Assembly: GCA_032718475.1 (NCBI GenBank) | Contig: JAUCBJ010009025.1 | Span: forward strand, 1-61,713 | Direction: 5' to 3' | Source of the DNA: Nemertoderma westbladi | Lineage: Eukaryota; Animalia; Xenacoelomorpha | DNA: 61,713 bases | Shown: positions 1-13,196 of the stretch, one piece after another | Layout: each line of letters opens with the position of its first letter | Numbering within the stretch: the first letter of the stretch is position 1 | Notes under the pieces: generated by a model | What the model saw: only the letters and a program-made list of their open reading frames with translations | The model's database searches: none | What the model was told of the DNA's origin: nothing | Program-made: the position numbers and the translations under genes

Positions 1-1
1 T

Positions 2-1435
2 GCGTGTAGGCTCCACACCTTGCGCATGAGATACTTCAGACCTAACGGGTTGACACATTGTTACAGGGGGTGGTGGTATACCCTTTTGTAAATTTACTAA
101 TCTATCGCGTTCTAACGTGATACTTTGCTGCACTTCTTGCAACTCTAACTTACTTTCCCTCACTGTTCCCTTTAAATGTTGGACAGTCCCTTCCAACTCT
201 CGGACCTGTTGGGAGGAGAGTCTCCGATTCTCCTCCATCTCTCCGAGGAGAATATCCATCCCCCGCCGTCTCTCGTCTACCCAATCAACCGCCGAAACGG
301 GATCCGCCAACGTCGTAGCGGGCGGACGAGGGACAACGGGCGACAAATTATGAATAATTCGCTCGGGGTCCAGGACCTGAACTGTATACGGGGCAGTTCT
401 ACGGGGCACAGGTAGCTTAGTGCTATGCAAAGGGAATTTAGAGGTAGTCTCAGGGAGCACAGGTATGTCTATCACCGAAGGGGTGATTTCAAGAACAGGC
501 CTAATTATTTCAGGCTCATCTACTATAGTAGGGAGTCTTTCTATTTTAATTATTTGGTCTGTGGGCTCTGTACTACCTAAGTTGGTGTTATTTAGTTGCC
601 TTCTAACAGCTGGAGGCAAATCAGGCAATTTCTGACGGTGGAATGTTCTTTTACGTCTACTTAGACGAGATCTATTTCCCTTGCCTTCAGTATCGGTGGT
701 ATCGCCTTCCTCAGATGATGTATATCCCTGTCTTTTGGGAGTAGATCGACTCATCATCTGCATATTACTAGCTGTTAACTGTTTATTGAAGTTGTCTTGC
801 CTCTCTTGAAGATTTTCCAACTCTAGTTGGGTTGCCTCTTCAGATGCTCTCCGTTCTGCTTCCGCCACCGCTGCCGCTTTTACCTCTGCCGCTGCCGCTT
901 TGGCCTCTGCCTTTGCTTCTGCTGCTGCCGCTGTTGCCTTTGCCTCTGCTTCTGCTGCTGCCGCTGTTGCCTTTGCCTCTGCTTCTGCTGCTGCCGCTGT
1001 TGCCTTTGCCTCTGCTTCTGCTGCTGCTTTTGTTGCCTTTGCCTCTGCTTCTGCTGCTGCCGCTTTTGCCTCTGCCGCTGCTTCTGCCAAGGTCGCTTTT
1101 CTTTCCGCCTCTGCCACTGCTGCTATCTTTCTGTCTTCTATACGTTTTTTTCTTACTTGTTCTTCTTGTTCTCTAGCGATGCGGAGTTGTTCATCGAATT
1201 TAGCTTGGTTCGCCGCTAACCTATCCACATCAATCGCATCTAATACAAGTTTGGCTCCTTCGCTATTAGGGCTAAGTCCCTCTAACCTTCTCCTCAATTC
1301 GTCATCACCTAAAAAACGTTGATAGTCTGACAGATAGATATCAATGGCATCCCTCTTATGCGGTTTCTCTGCTGTCGCTTCACTCTCCGTTGTATCTAGT
1401 AGACTGTCTGACAGGTTCTGCTTTGCGTCAGACAT
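2..1435 (-). CDS. Partial gag/ORF1-like protein (>=478 aa, open to the window edge), probably from a retrotransposon; has Ala/Glu/Lys coiled-coil repeats and a Pro-rich region
   Basis: ATG at 1435 (MSDAKQNLSDSLL...) reads without a stop to the left edge (...PPPPVTMCQPVRSEVSHAQGVEPTR). It is absent from the ORF track because it has no stop. Gag identity is inferred from composition and the long repeat-containing upstream region. Confidence 0.55.
   Translation of the reverse strand, partial: MSDAKQNLSDSLLDTTESEATAEKPHKRDAIDIYLSDYQRFLGDDELRRRLEGLSPNSEGAKLVLDAIDVDRLAANQAKFDEQLRIAREQEEQVRKKRIEDRKIAAVAEAERKATLAEAAAEAKAAAAEAEAKATKAAAEAEAKATAAAAEAEAKATAAAAEAEAKATAAAAEAKAEAKAAAAEVKAAAVAEAERRASEEATQLELENLQERQDNFNKQLTASNMQMMSRSTPKRQGYTSSEEGDTTDTEGKGNRSRLSRRKRTFHRQKLPDLPPAVRRQLNNTNLGSTEPTDQIIKIERLPTIVDEPEIIRPVLEITPSVIDIPVLPETTSKFPLHSTKLPVPRRTAPYTVQVLDPERIIHNLSPVVPRPPATTLADPVSAVDWVDERRRGMDILLGEMEENRRLSSQQVRELEGTVQHLKGTVRESKLELQEVQQSITLERDRLVNLQKGIPPPPVTMCQPVRSEVSHAQGVEPTR
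880..1090. repeat. Coding 33-bp tandem repeat, about 4 units (EAEAKATAAAA on the minus strand)
   Basis: GCTTCTGCTGCTGCCGCTGTTGCCTTTGCCTCT repeated directly. Confidence 0.9.
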
Positions 1436-2749
1436 GTTTGTGTGTACAGTTGAATGTCTACTGCTGTATTACAGTCTGAGCAAGTCTAGTAACTCAGTAT
1501 TAACTGCTAGCCTAGTAATTAATTACCGGTACTGCTACTCAGTGTAGCGTGATATATATATAATATATTAGAATACCGGTATACTTATAGTATATATAAC
1601 TATATAAGTATTATTACAGACTAGGTTTATCTCCGAATACCGGTATAATTTTAACACAAATATATACAAATATATAATAGGCCTATCTGGAATACCGGTA
1701 TACAGCTTACAGTTTGTAGTATATATAATTCTGGAATAGAATTAATTACAAGTACCGGTATAATTTCAGCCTAGATTTATAGAAATAAGATAATAGGCCT
1801 ATCGTAAATACCGGTATATCAATTATTTTGGAATAATTGAATTTCTGAACTTTAGGGTTACTTGGTTACTTTAACTTACTTTATTACCGTTATTTAAGCA
1901 GTAATCCAACTGATATTGAGACCTAATGGTTGTATGGTAGGCCTACTATTTATAAATCGTTAGATTTGATTTATAATATATATACCCGTTTTAATGGGTT
2001 TTGTCTATGTTTGAAATAAATGTTATTATTTCTGGGGAGTAATCACTACACAAAGCGGTGCGCTTTCAGTGAAGTGTTACTTATAGGACACTAAAACAAA
2101 TAATTCTAATTTACCTAAGTTACTTAATACTACAAATTACGTACAATTCGGGTTGAGATTACAATCTCTAAATAAACACAAAAATTTACAAAAACACAAA
2201 TACGAATTTTTAGGGTATTTTTACAAGAAGTCTACAAACCAGCCTAACAAAGGGTTAGAAAACCGGTTATTACAACGGACAGAGTACTACGGTATTTGAA
2301 ATAATAAGTAGTAGTAAATACACTGCGTTGTCTAGATAGGAAAATACCACCGCCTGACGACCTATAGCCGTATCGCTATAGGTTCTACGTTATGTATCAC
2401 GGAGTGTTCCTACCTAGAAGTTAATAGAGCTAATCGAATGTGCCTATCAACCACTTTACAACACAAATATAATGTCTACAATAATTACTTCGGAAAGTAC
2501 TGTTCACTAAACCCTAAATTAGGTACGAGTACTTATATAACAGACAATCAGTAGTTAAATATACTTGAACAGCTAAAAGAACCACGGCATCTGCTGGAGT
2601 GACCGATGCACAAAATCACCAGTCTTTACCTACGCCGAGCAGCCCGTGTAGTACCGGGGTTAATTTAACTATAGCGGTATGTATAACAAACACAATTACT
2701 GTAGGAACAAACTTGGGGAATGAATGTTGCGGATAATCGCATAAACTCT

Positions 2750-3320
2750 GAATAATAAATATTACGCTACGCGTACAAACTACTCAAACAAAATACAGAC
2801 CGAACACTGACAGACTACTATCAAGCCTAAACAAACTACGGTATATGCAGACTCCGAAATGATTAGGGAGTATGCGCTCTAACCCAGTAGTGCGACTTAT
2901 TCTTTAGTTGGGGGATTACCTTACAGCGTTCGCTGCCCCTACTGCCTAATCGTACTTAATCGGACAGATGATCTACACACGCGGCAATCCGTTCAGACCT
3001 AATAACAGCCAGACAACTATCCAGCCTACAAATTATCTAAATAAAATTATACGCTACCCGTACAGACTTACACAAACAAAGTACAGACTAAACGATGGCA
3101 GACCACTCTCAAGCCTAAATAAACCACAGGACATGCAGACTCCGAAATGATTAGGGAGTATGCGCTCTAACCCAGTAGTGCGACTTATTCTTTAGTTGGG
3201 GGATTACCTTACAGCGTTCGCTGCCCCTACTGCCTAATCGTACTTAATCGGACAGGTGATCTACACACACTGCAATTCGTTCGGACTTAACAGCAATCAG
3301 ACAACAGCTCAGCCTACAAA
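2750..3320. repeat. ~288-bp direct tandem repeat (2 copies) upstream of the gag-like ORF
   Basis: CAGACTCCGAAATGATTAGGGAGTATGCGCTCTAACCC...TAATCGGACAG occurs at ~2848 and ~3136, nearly identical. Confidence 0.9.
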
Positions 3321-6300
3321 TCGTCTGTACAATCTGATCAGGTTTACATGCCTTCTGTTCAATACTGACCTACAAATAAATAAAACTTGACAGAAATAAG
3401 TAAACCATATAAAGGTATAAGGGGTGATCAATCCCTAATCCCCTAAACAGCCTACCGGTATGCAATAATCAAATCGAATAATACTAGTGTACTTATACTG
3501 AAGTACCGGTTAGAACAGTTAGGCCTACTGACCTACAGAGTGTACCGGTTCAGGTTTACCGGTTGACCGGTACTTTCAACTTTATTGCTTACTGCAACAA
3601 AGAAGCTATATCCTTTAATGTTCGCGCTTTCAGACCTTTGGCAGTTTAACCCACCAAATTAAGATGTCTGCTAGATATTAAATCGGTTTTTAGTCTATGA
3701 CAAGTATTTGATTCACTACACTAGTCGAAACCAATCTGTGCGCGATCATTCACCCGCTGGATATTCCCGGGAGATTGGGTTCAACGGTTTAATTTTATTG
3801 CTATGTAAGCCTAATGTATTATTCGACTGACAGTATTATATAATCTCTGACAATATTATTCACCTTCGGGGAATATTAACAGTTCCTTTAGGACGTGGCG
3901 CTTTATCTATATAAACAGAGTTATGACTTAAACTACTCACAACGATATGGCTTAATTATAATTCACATATATGGCGCATTCTTTAGGAATTGCTTCTTTA
4001 ACAGACTCACTCATACACAATGCTGCACAATACTGCACACTAATCTGCCGATCTTCACTGATTTTAGTCACATATAAAAGGAACACAGACTGACTCATGT
4101 AGGGTCTATCAAATAACATTAGATTCACTTCAAACCACTTTAACATAAGTCACAATCGTTTATCTGTAACCTTTCTCTCTTACCTTCGGTATATCAAGAA
4201 TATTGGGTTTCGGGGTTATTTCTCGTTATTCCAATATAATAATTCATCAACCATATTATGAAGAACTGACAGTAAATAGCAGTATAAAACAACAATGAAA
4301 ACACTGATTGTTATGAGTTTGCAATGTTTCAGCAGTCAGTATGTATGATCAGTTAGCAGTGATTCCATGAGTCAGGTAGTCGTTAGTTAAAGGATATATG
4401 CCCTTTATAATTAAACCTACTAGTGTAAGACTAAAAACTAAAACACGGAGGTGCCAAAGCCGGTTCTTAGGCTCTGGGCAAAAAACATAACACTGAACTA
4501 CTGAGTTTCTGTATATACCTCCAACACAAAGACAACAAACGCTCTGATTGGTCAACCTGAACAACGAGAGAACAGAGAAACAAAGAAACGTCGACGTGGC
4601 AATATCAGCTGCTAGCTGTCGTCATGGTAGCGACACTGTTTTCAAGAGTATCGAGCTTTTACGTCACGGAATTACGGATTATGTCCTCTAAAGTACAAAT
4701 ACAGAAGAAATAGCTCTTATGTCCGCTAAAACACCAGTACAGCAAGGACACGGCCTTTTTATGCCTGGTAAACCAACTACAGAGTACTTTACGGGAAAAA
4801 TAAGGAAAAATAACCGGACAATTCAGTAAAAGCTTTTACAACGGTAAAATTTAATGCAGAAATTTTCCCAAACATATCATATTTAAGTTCTGTAGTAAAA
4901 CTGATATACTGTAAAACAGTGAAGAAGTGGGATACTACTTTGTTTCAGAATCAATTTCAATGTAGGCAGTAATGGCTTTGAAATGTAAGTCGAGATGACA
5001 TAACTTTTGGATAGTCAATATTTTGGAGGAATTCTATTAAAGAAAATTATATTGAGCTAACAAAATCTCAGCTAGTACTGTGGTTATTTGGTTCGGAAAG
5101 GCCCGCTATTGGTCCTAATATTTCAGTTATTTTCAAGGAATGCACTCCTACGTTTTAAATAATGGCGAAATACCTAAATATTGATTTCCTTTAACTGAAA
5201 TATATAGCAATTAAACTTTTTCACAAGCACATAAGCACATTTCCTTAGCTTTATACATGCACAGGTACAGTAGGTAAATGGCCAAGCACACTCACTATAC
5301 TATAATGCCATCTATCTTGCTCATCAATCTTCTAGAACGATTTTTCAGGAATGAAATAAGAATGATAGTGTCTTCACACGACACATGTCCATTAATGTGT
5401 ACAGTAGTGCAAGACATTAACTTACTGAATAACACTATTCAAATGCTCTCAAAAGAGGAATTGTGGAATTTTATTCTTAGAGTTTAGGATACTTAAAGGC
5501 TACATTAAAAATTCATAATCTTCATGGAAATTTGAAATTTTAATAAATAATTTGAAAGCGGCACAACATACTATGAATGCAAAAAGGTTGTTGAACGAGT
5601 GTCCAACAACACCTTAACATTACTAAACTTTAAAACACTTTATTATAATTTTCAACGCACAATATTGTCTTCTTTCAAATGAATGAAACTATATTACCTA
5701 TATGTAAAGGCTCCGTCATAAGTTATTAAATAGTTGGAATATATGATAAACTACCTGGTTTTTTAACTGCCTATCAAACGCATCATGTTTTTGCTGCAGC
5801 AACCTCTCCTCTCGCTTATTCGTTTTGACAGTATCTTCTTTGAACTCACTTCTCTCTGTTTTAACACCAGCATCAGATGACTTCCTCAGTCCAGAAGCTC
5901 TCGGAGGTCCCAGGGTATAAGCAGCCATTCAAATTAATTAATATTAGTTTATACCATTGTTTGAAAGTAATTAAGTTTAATTAATTGTTTTATTCCATTA
6001 CTTAATGATTTCAAGCTGTATACATTTACCCAATTTGGAAGTTTGGTTTCCCTTCTTGACTATTACTTACAAAAAATATTAATACTAACAAGGAAAGGCC
6101 ATACAATTTCCTTTGTTATTGGTAGAGACAGATTGTTTAAAATTTTTTTTGGGCATTTATGAGATACGTAGTTGTACATTTAGATCAATAAAATGTTAAA
6201 CATAGTAATAGTGAGTGTATTATTATTATATTGTATGTTAAGTTGGGTAGTATGGTTTTGAGTGGTGATGTTATATGCCAACTTTTATGACTACTATGAT

Positions 6301-7899
6301 GTATTTATAATTAATATTCACCTTGAGGTTCTCACAATTATTTATGGCACATTCATGGCCGAAGGATTTATTTGAATAGCTCTGGCTACACTGACCCACA
6401 ATTATAATACATTTAGAGACTTATATGTTTGTAATTAGTCAAAGTATTAGGAAATATATACGAAATATATATGGCCAATGAGTGTGTTATACACTTGGTT
6501 GCACTTGCATTATTCCGATGTTTTATAATTACATTCGCGAATAAAGGCTAAAGGTAATTAAATAAGAGTATTAAACTCGATTCGGATTATCCTATGGATA
6601 ATATTGATATCCACCATGCTACCTATGTATTGAATTCATACATACATTTCCTTTATGTAAGACCTCTAATAATAACTAACGATGGTGTCAATACTGTACA
6701 AGTCACAATGACCCCAGTTTAAATTCCTACCTGACACTGTATATCTAATATAATGGGAAGGCACTATATTATTAGCACACTGATGTGTTTGAAGTGCTCA
6801 AAAGCATCACAAAACGTTGGCATTCAACGTATATTTAGATCAGCAGTGTTATATATCATATTTTAGAAAATAGTTATCAATCTGTACTGACAATGCATAC
6901 AGGTAAACAGGGGTAGGGCACAGAGAGAGACAGAGACAGAAATTTAGTACGATACGTAATAGAACGATTTTCGAGAAATGTGATCAAACATCGCAATCTT
7001 CGGAAAATGAATTAATATAATCAATATATTTGTAATATATTAGCTATATAATTAAGGATTTTTGTAAATGCAGATATCGCAAACGTCGGAAATCTTTTGA
7101 CCCAATGTGTATGGCTGCACAAATGTTGCATTCATTGCGATTTTCACGAAATACGCAAGCGTTGAAAATTTACGTAATATTTTGGCGGAGAAAAACGTCG
7201 GATTTGTTGCATTCATTTCGGTTTTTCACAAAGTGCACTAATGGTTTGACAACCTCAAGTATAAAGCATTATTTTCGTCAGCACAAGATGTATAAAAATT
7301 TTCAGAAGTTATATATAAAATTATTCAAATTTCAAAAGGTTGTATTAATAGCCATATAAAAATTAGCAAAAGATATAATCAAATTCTCAAAAGTTATATA
7401 AAAATTCCTAAAAGTTATATAAAAATTTAGAAAAGCTATATAAAAGTTTAAGGGATAATTATATAAATTTATATGTTATCCTATTATTATGTGTTCTAGA
7501 ATATTTCATAATGCACAGCTTGTTTACTTTATAACTATAGTATATTAAGTCATTCTAGCCTCTAAGCTTTGATGCCGGAATATATAGCTAACGTCTATAG
7601 CGGACGTAAGAAAGTTGTCGTTTCTATTTTAAATGTAGCAACTTGCATTATCACCCATAATTATATGGGTTGAATTTATAAGAAGAAACGCTTACCAGTT
7701 CGCAGACTCGAAAATATAACAGTTTTTCTCAGTCTCTAAGAATTGAACTTAAGGACAAAGATCCAATAGAATTTGAGAAAGCCTTTAGATTAACCCCTGA
7801 CGCATTCGAGGCCATATTATGGTTATTGGGCAGTGGAATCTATATTGCAATTATAGCTACAAATTTTCAAGTGAAGACTACTGTAGACTTCAGATTTTG

Positions 7900-8300
7900 T
7901 TGTGGAGCATAAATTGATGTGCTTCATATCGCGCTCTATCACACGAATAACGGGTTAGCATTCCATTTATTTGTATGCCAATACCTGTTATGTGCGCGAG
8001 GCAATGTCGCCAGTTTTAAAATAATGTCTGGTTGCATTGATACGCTACACTTCGAGTAATGTCGATTTATGGGCGAAGGAGAATTCTTGCTGTAAAGAGC
8101 TGAGTTTTCCAATAAAGTTGCCCCTCTTGATTAAGACGTGCTGAGCAAGGTTACATCTATAATCTTGAGTGTTACCAAGATCGATAGCCCAGTCGACCCA
8201 TGGTATTGGTAAATTGACCTCATTAAGAGTGATATGTATACTTGGAGGTGACCATGACCAATGGCACCCAAATTGAATGCCCACATGGAATGCAATTCGA
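7900..8300 (-). pseudogene. Degenerate non-LTR retrotransposon fragment (L2/CR1-group ORF2 C-terminal part)
   Basis: ITLNEVNLPIPWV..IDLG...KRGNFIGKLSSLQQEFSFAH resembles the post-RT region of L2-group LINEs; stops present. Confidence 0.35.
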
Positions 8301-8555
8301 TTTGTTATTAGATGCCGCTGGCCTCTATTTGATGTAGATATAATACCTGTTTTGTCGGTCTATTCAACTTTTTTGGCTCTTTTGAGTCTGCCTGTCATGC
8401 TACTGTTTTTATAAAAATAAAATTATATTATAAATTAAATAATATTATATTATATTATATAATTATAATTAATTATATATTATATTATATTATATAATAT
8501 CATATTACATAAATTACATAATTATATTATAAAATATATGTTATATCCTACTTAA

Positions 8556-8902
8556 GGGGGGGGGGGGGGGGGGGGGGGGGGGATTTTTAATGGGGATTTC
8601 GAATCGTAATACGGCTTGGCGAGATTTTTTTTAGTTCTCTAGTTATCACTGTCTTTCCGACTACCAGTTTGACTGTCAAAATTTAGAAGACAGACAGACA
8701 GACAAATTCTCGGTGAAAAAGGTTTTTAGTAAAATATTTAATTCCGCGGCTCGCCGCTAGTGGGAGACATAAAATTTCAAATTTCCATTTTTGTTGCTCT
8801 TTGGCCTCTCCCATGTTTGCTGAACACAACATGACTGTGCCATTGACCTACAACATGATATTAGAGCTGTGTTTAAAAAAATCTCGTGAGAGGGTACTCC
8901 CC
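8556..8902. mobile_element. Non-autonomous DNA transposon with TTAA target duplication and GG...CC termini (Kolobok-like MITE)
   Basis: CCTAC-TTAA|GGGG...ACTCCCC|TTAA-GTAGG; a related copy lies in reverse orientation at 27721. Confidence 0.6.
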
Positions 8903-9349
8903 TTAAGTAGGCCTCTATTTGAGGTACCGGTAGAAGTGAAGAAGAAGGGTAGATGGGGTACCTGTACTGACCTGAAATAGGCCTCTATATGAGGCAGAGA
9001 CCTTGTAACTATTTATTTATCTTCTATTTGCAGGATCATTGCCTTTAATCCATCTTTCTAATCTAACATAGTTCTGATGACCTTAATATATTGATTATGG
9101 AAAAAAGCAGGTTTATAGGCAGTTACGAAATGCTAAAATTAATTTGTTTGTGTAATAAAGTAAATTTATCAGTGCATGTGAAAAACGAACCAGCTGAGGC
9201 ATTCAAAAGGATTCTATCTCGTGGATGTTACATGCAAGGCAAGGTGAGGGCTACACTAACTCCTAAGGGTAAACATTCAATATATAAAAGCAAGACCAAC
9301 CAAACAACTCCTGTGTGGAGTCTCCACCACATGCTTGCAGTATAGTATG

Positions 9350-9425
9350 TTGTATGATTAGTAGAATGGTTAGAGCGAAGCGTCATACTTCTCTCCTGGA
9401 GGTCACCAGTTCGATCACATCTGAA
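9350..9425 (+). mobile_element. tRNA-derived SINE-like head
   Basis: A-box-like TAGTAGAATGG and B-box-like CAGTTCGATC; GTCACCAGTTCGATC is shared with the reverse-strand copy at ~29600. Confidence 0.35.
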
Positions 9426-10063
9426 CCTCATTGCCGACTTTGCAAAGCTGTGCCAAACGAAATTATACTAAATATAAGAACACAGCCCTTCAACTTCTCC
9501 TTAGGAAAAAATCAGTGGATGGTCAGTCATTTGGTGGAATAAAGCAATAACTTTTACACAATAGAAGAGGCTAGGAGATTCTTTAACAGTAGGAGAAGCA
9601 TTCTCACTAATTTAAATTGCATGTAACAGTATCTGCTGCATGGTAGATATTCTTAGCTAATATTTGCTCTTTGGGTGTGCAATTTTTGTATATTTCCATG
9701 CAAACAGTGAATTTTGCAGTGCTATATATAGTATGGCAAGTGCTACAAAAAAGTCGAAATGTGATTAAACATTAAACAAGGCATCTGTTTAAAACATGAT
9801 CAATAATTACCTTCATTTTCATAATACTCGTATATCATAACTTATTATCATATGTCGTATTTTAATTTAATAAGTCGTATATATAGGAAGTAATAGTTTG
9901 CACACAATAACCTATCTCACTAATTCTTACTATAAATTATATCTTAGAATCAAGTTTATTGCAATCATCACCAACAATCATTATAATTAGTTCTTTGTAT
10001 ATATTTATTAATAATATTCTTAGAATCAAATATCAATTGAACTTAGAAGCAATCAATACCTTA

Positions 10064-10288
10064 CTAAGAAGACCAAAGTTTTATGAACTCTAGCCACCTA
10101 CAACCTCCACAGGTATATTCTCCCCATATACGAGAGCACTCATTACAATCTTGAGGTGTGAAAACTTCGCAGGCATTCAGTTCCGGAAACTCACAGACCT
10201 GGCATGGACAATGCGTAAATTGCCCACATTGGATGTCCACAGTGCAGAAAGCAAATAAGAAACTGGAAACAATGATGTTGAGTTTCAT
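10064..10288 (-). CDS. Small secreted cysteine-rich peptide, paralogue 1 (74 aa)
   Basis: Hydrophobic signal peptide MKLNIIVSSFLFAFC, then an 8-Cys mature region 41/45 identical to 26962..27174; splice acceptor TTTTATAG at 10313-10320. Confidence 0.85.
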   Translation of the reverse strand: MKLNIIVSSFLFAFCTVDIQCGQFTHCPCQVCEFPELNACEVFTPQDCNECSRIWGEYTCGGCRWLEFIKLWSS

Positions 10289-11829
10289 CTCTTTTCTTTT
10301 GGTTGAGAATTTCTATAAAATAATGATATTAATTAATTAAAGTTAACAATTCTGCTTATGTGAAATCATATCCATTGATGAATCCAACTGCACATGCATT
10401 GGGCAAAATAGGCCGAATCGCCAATAGTGTAGTCAAATTAGGCTCAAAACAAGCCAAACCCGGAATAAAATACAATATGGCTAAATTTGGTATTATTCGA
10501 CGCAGAATTTATCATCCTTTACCACATCTCATGTTCTGGAAGACTGGCTGCGAAGTTTCCTATGATGGTTCTTATTGTGTGCTATTCACCAATTATTGTT
10601 GCCCCATTAGAGGATGTAGAAACTTTCTACAACAATCTACAAGCAGCTACCACCTTTTTTTTTTATCATCATTCATTATTAACTTTCCTTTTTGAAAGGA
10701 AAGTTAAAAACTAGAAATGTCTACATCGACACTCAACATCACCAAGGATTTATAGCGATAGTGGCTATCGAAATTCAGTACATCTCCTGGATTTCATCTC
10801 TGGAAATGTATTGTTTGCAGCTGGGACACAGTTCAATAAGTGAATCCCAGATAGACCATATTCTGTTTTATAAGGAAAAATGGAGCTCTGTACAAGTTTG
10901 CATGGAATTTACTCTTTACTCCTTCTGCAGAGATCACTCACTATCTTGATTTTGCTAAGATGAGACTTAAGTGTGACGGAAGTTGGTTGGCTCGGCTCAT
11001 GACTGTTAGGCTGTTTGTTCGCTACTCACTAGCTTAGCTGCTGGATATGGTTGAACAAAGTCAGTTTTTTGTTCTCCTTTTGTTTAATCGGACTATAGGA
11101 TGGCACGATATATATGCAAATGAACACTGACTGGTAGGTAACATTATGTAGTTATAACTAAAGCTAGAGGCTAGAGGTGCAAAACGTTGCAGGCTCTGAT
11201 TAATAAATCGTCAATTGACATGATATCCAGGGTTCAGCCTGCTATGGTCAACGTCAGTTGATTGTCAACTGTGAATTGATAATAGCACCAATGTTGGCCT
11301 TGGAGTTGATCCGCCCTACTCATTGGATATTCAACATCACACCATAATGTCCTCTTTGGTCTTTATCGGGTTTTGCGTGAGTGACCTAATTAACTAGTTA
11401 ACATTAAAATTAACTCACTAGTCCGATGTTTCTTCCAGCCAATAATGGAAAGTTGGCCCCGACCAACTTTGTAATCGGATCACTTACCTTAGTTTCAGTT
11501 CCAGAAGAACTAATAAATTTGCCTTGCCAGGGCATGATTGTTCACTGTTGTGATAGCCCAGTGTGGGATCCATGTATGATTCAGACCACTGGGAATGCTA
11601 TACTGCTTTCAGAGAGGCAACAGCTGCAGAAACATTGCCAGAATTGGAATGATATCAATTGGAGTGAATATAGGTGAGGTTGGTGCCAGTTACTAAGAAT
11701 GATACTTGTCTAACGCTTGGTCATTGACAACATAGAATAGAATACATTGGAATATTAAGGTTTGATTCTTTAAAGCAGTAGCATACGTAGTACTCCTACA
11801 TGGGATACTATGCTAGGCTCTATCTACTG

Positions 11830-12931
11830 AGGAACAAAATCTCTGGATGGCACATGCAATAATGTTATACAATCTTGTGACTTGGCAGCACCATGGGGAA
11901 AATAAGTATAATGGACGGCCCCTAACTCTCTTTGAGGCACCACTTAAAGACACAGGCCTTGGAATTGAGGATGATCTTGAGAAAGGTATGAGTGATAGAG
12001 AGTTGTGGCAGTGCAATTTTGCCAAAAAGCTGGGATAGAATCCTTAATGCATTAATACTTAATATATAAAATTAATATGAGTGACTGCTGTATTTGCCCC
12101 AATATGACAGTATCATGGGCTGTTCTATTCTGTTCTATGCATGTTCTTAGATGATCATAATGATGATGGTAACTCACTCATATCCTACTGGCTCCAGAAG
12201 TCGAGGAAATCCAACCAAGAACCTAACTGATCTAGACTTTGCTGATGACTTTGCTAGTGTTGGTCTTTTTGTTAACTACACGAAGACCACAATTTTGATA
12301 ATTAACTTTGAAAGTCCTCATCAAATATCTGTCTCAGATATCTCAATATCTTGAGCATGTGGACGACTTCTGTTACCTGGGATCATGGATCTGGAAGTCA
12401 GGTGAGGACCTTCGAATACCCAAGGGGAAGGCATGGACAGCATTAAATGGGCTTTCCAGGATTTGGAAGTCACAAAGAATTCACCGGAAAATTAAGGTCC
12501 GATTATTTAGAGCCACAGTAGTTCCAGTACTCTTCTATGGGAGTCCATGCCGGGCTCTATCTTCTGAGGACACCAAATATCTGGCTGGCATATTCACAAC
12601 AATGCTAAGTCGGGTTCACTGTGTCAATTATAGTGCACACATCACCAACCAGATACTATATAACATTGGAGGTGTCTCATTGGTTCCCCCAAGCTTGACA
12701 CTAGAACAAAGCCACATCCACTGGGCAGGACATTGTTTACACCATGAGGACCAGCATCATCACAATCTTGTGCTTTGGCAGCCCCATGGAGAAAATACGC
12801 ATGGTGGACAGCCCATGACTTTTGTGAGACATCTCTTAAAGGACACTGGCCTTGAAGATGAGGATAGCCTCGCGAAAGTCATGGGGGATAGGAAGTTGTT
12901 GTGGTGCACCTCTGTTGACAAGCCGGAATAG
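11830..12931 (+). pseudogene. RTE-clade LINE RT 3' fragments (second family), with a duplicated 3' piece
   Basis: DLDFADD, DDFCYLGS, LFRATV..VLFYG, WAGHC, LVLWQP; 11830-12038 repeats the LVxWQ.HGE...LKDTGL C-terminus. Confidence 0.75.
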
Positions 12932-13196
12932 CATTCATAATGCACGCTGCATTGGGCTTTCCAATTGTGGATTGCATGGTGGTGACAAAATGGTTTTGTT
13001 AAGCCGGCATAGCTTCTCAATGTGCAGTTTCAATGCAGCAGGCCAATTATAGTAGTAGTAGTTCTCTTGTTGATACTGAGACCATTAGGCATACAGACAA
13101 AAACGAAATACAGGTTACTATGATAACCTAAGCTACTACTAAGGGGCGTTTTCTTTGGATGTTTTTCAGATGTACCAAGCTTCAAACTGTTGGCCT

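Noticed and set aside
827-1322. Plus-strand Cys-, Leu/Pro- and Ala-rich ORFs
   Set aside because: They are antisense shadows of the 33-bp repeat in the long minus-strand ORF
3640-5000. LTR, PBS and promoter for the left gag-like element (minus-strand CCAAT ~4548, TATATA ~4512)
   Set aside because: No second LTR in the window and no unambiguous termini or PBS
5716-5928. Possible host exon (MAAYTLGPP...KNQ followed by GT)
   Set aside because: No recognisable domain and no convincing open downstream exon
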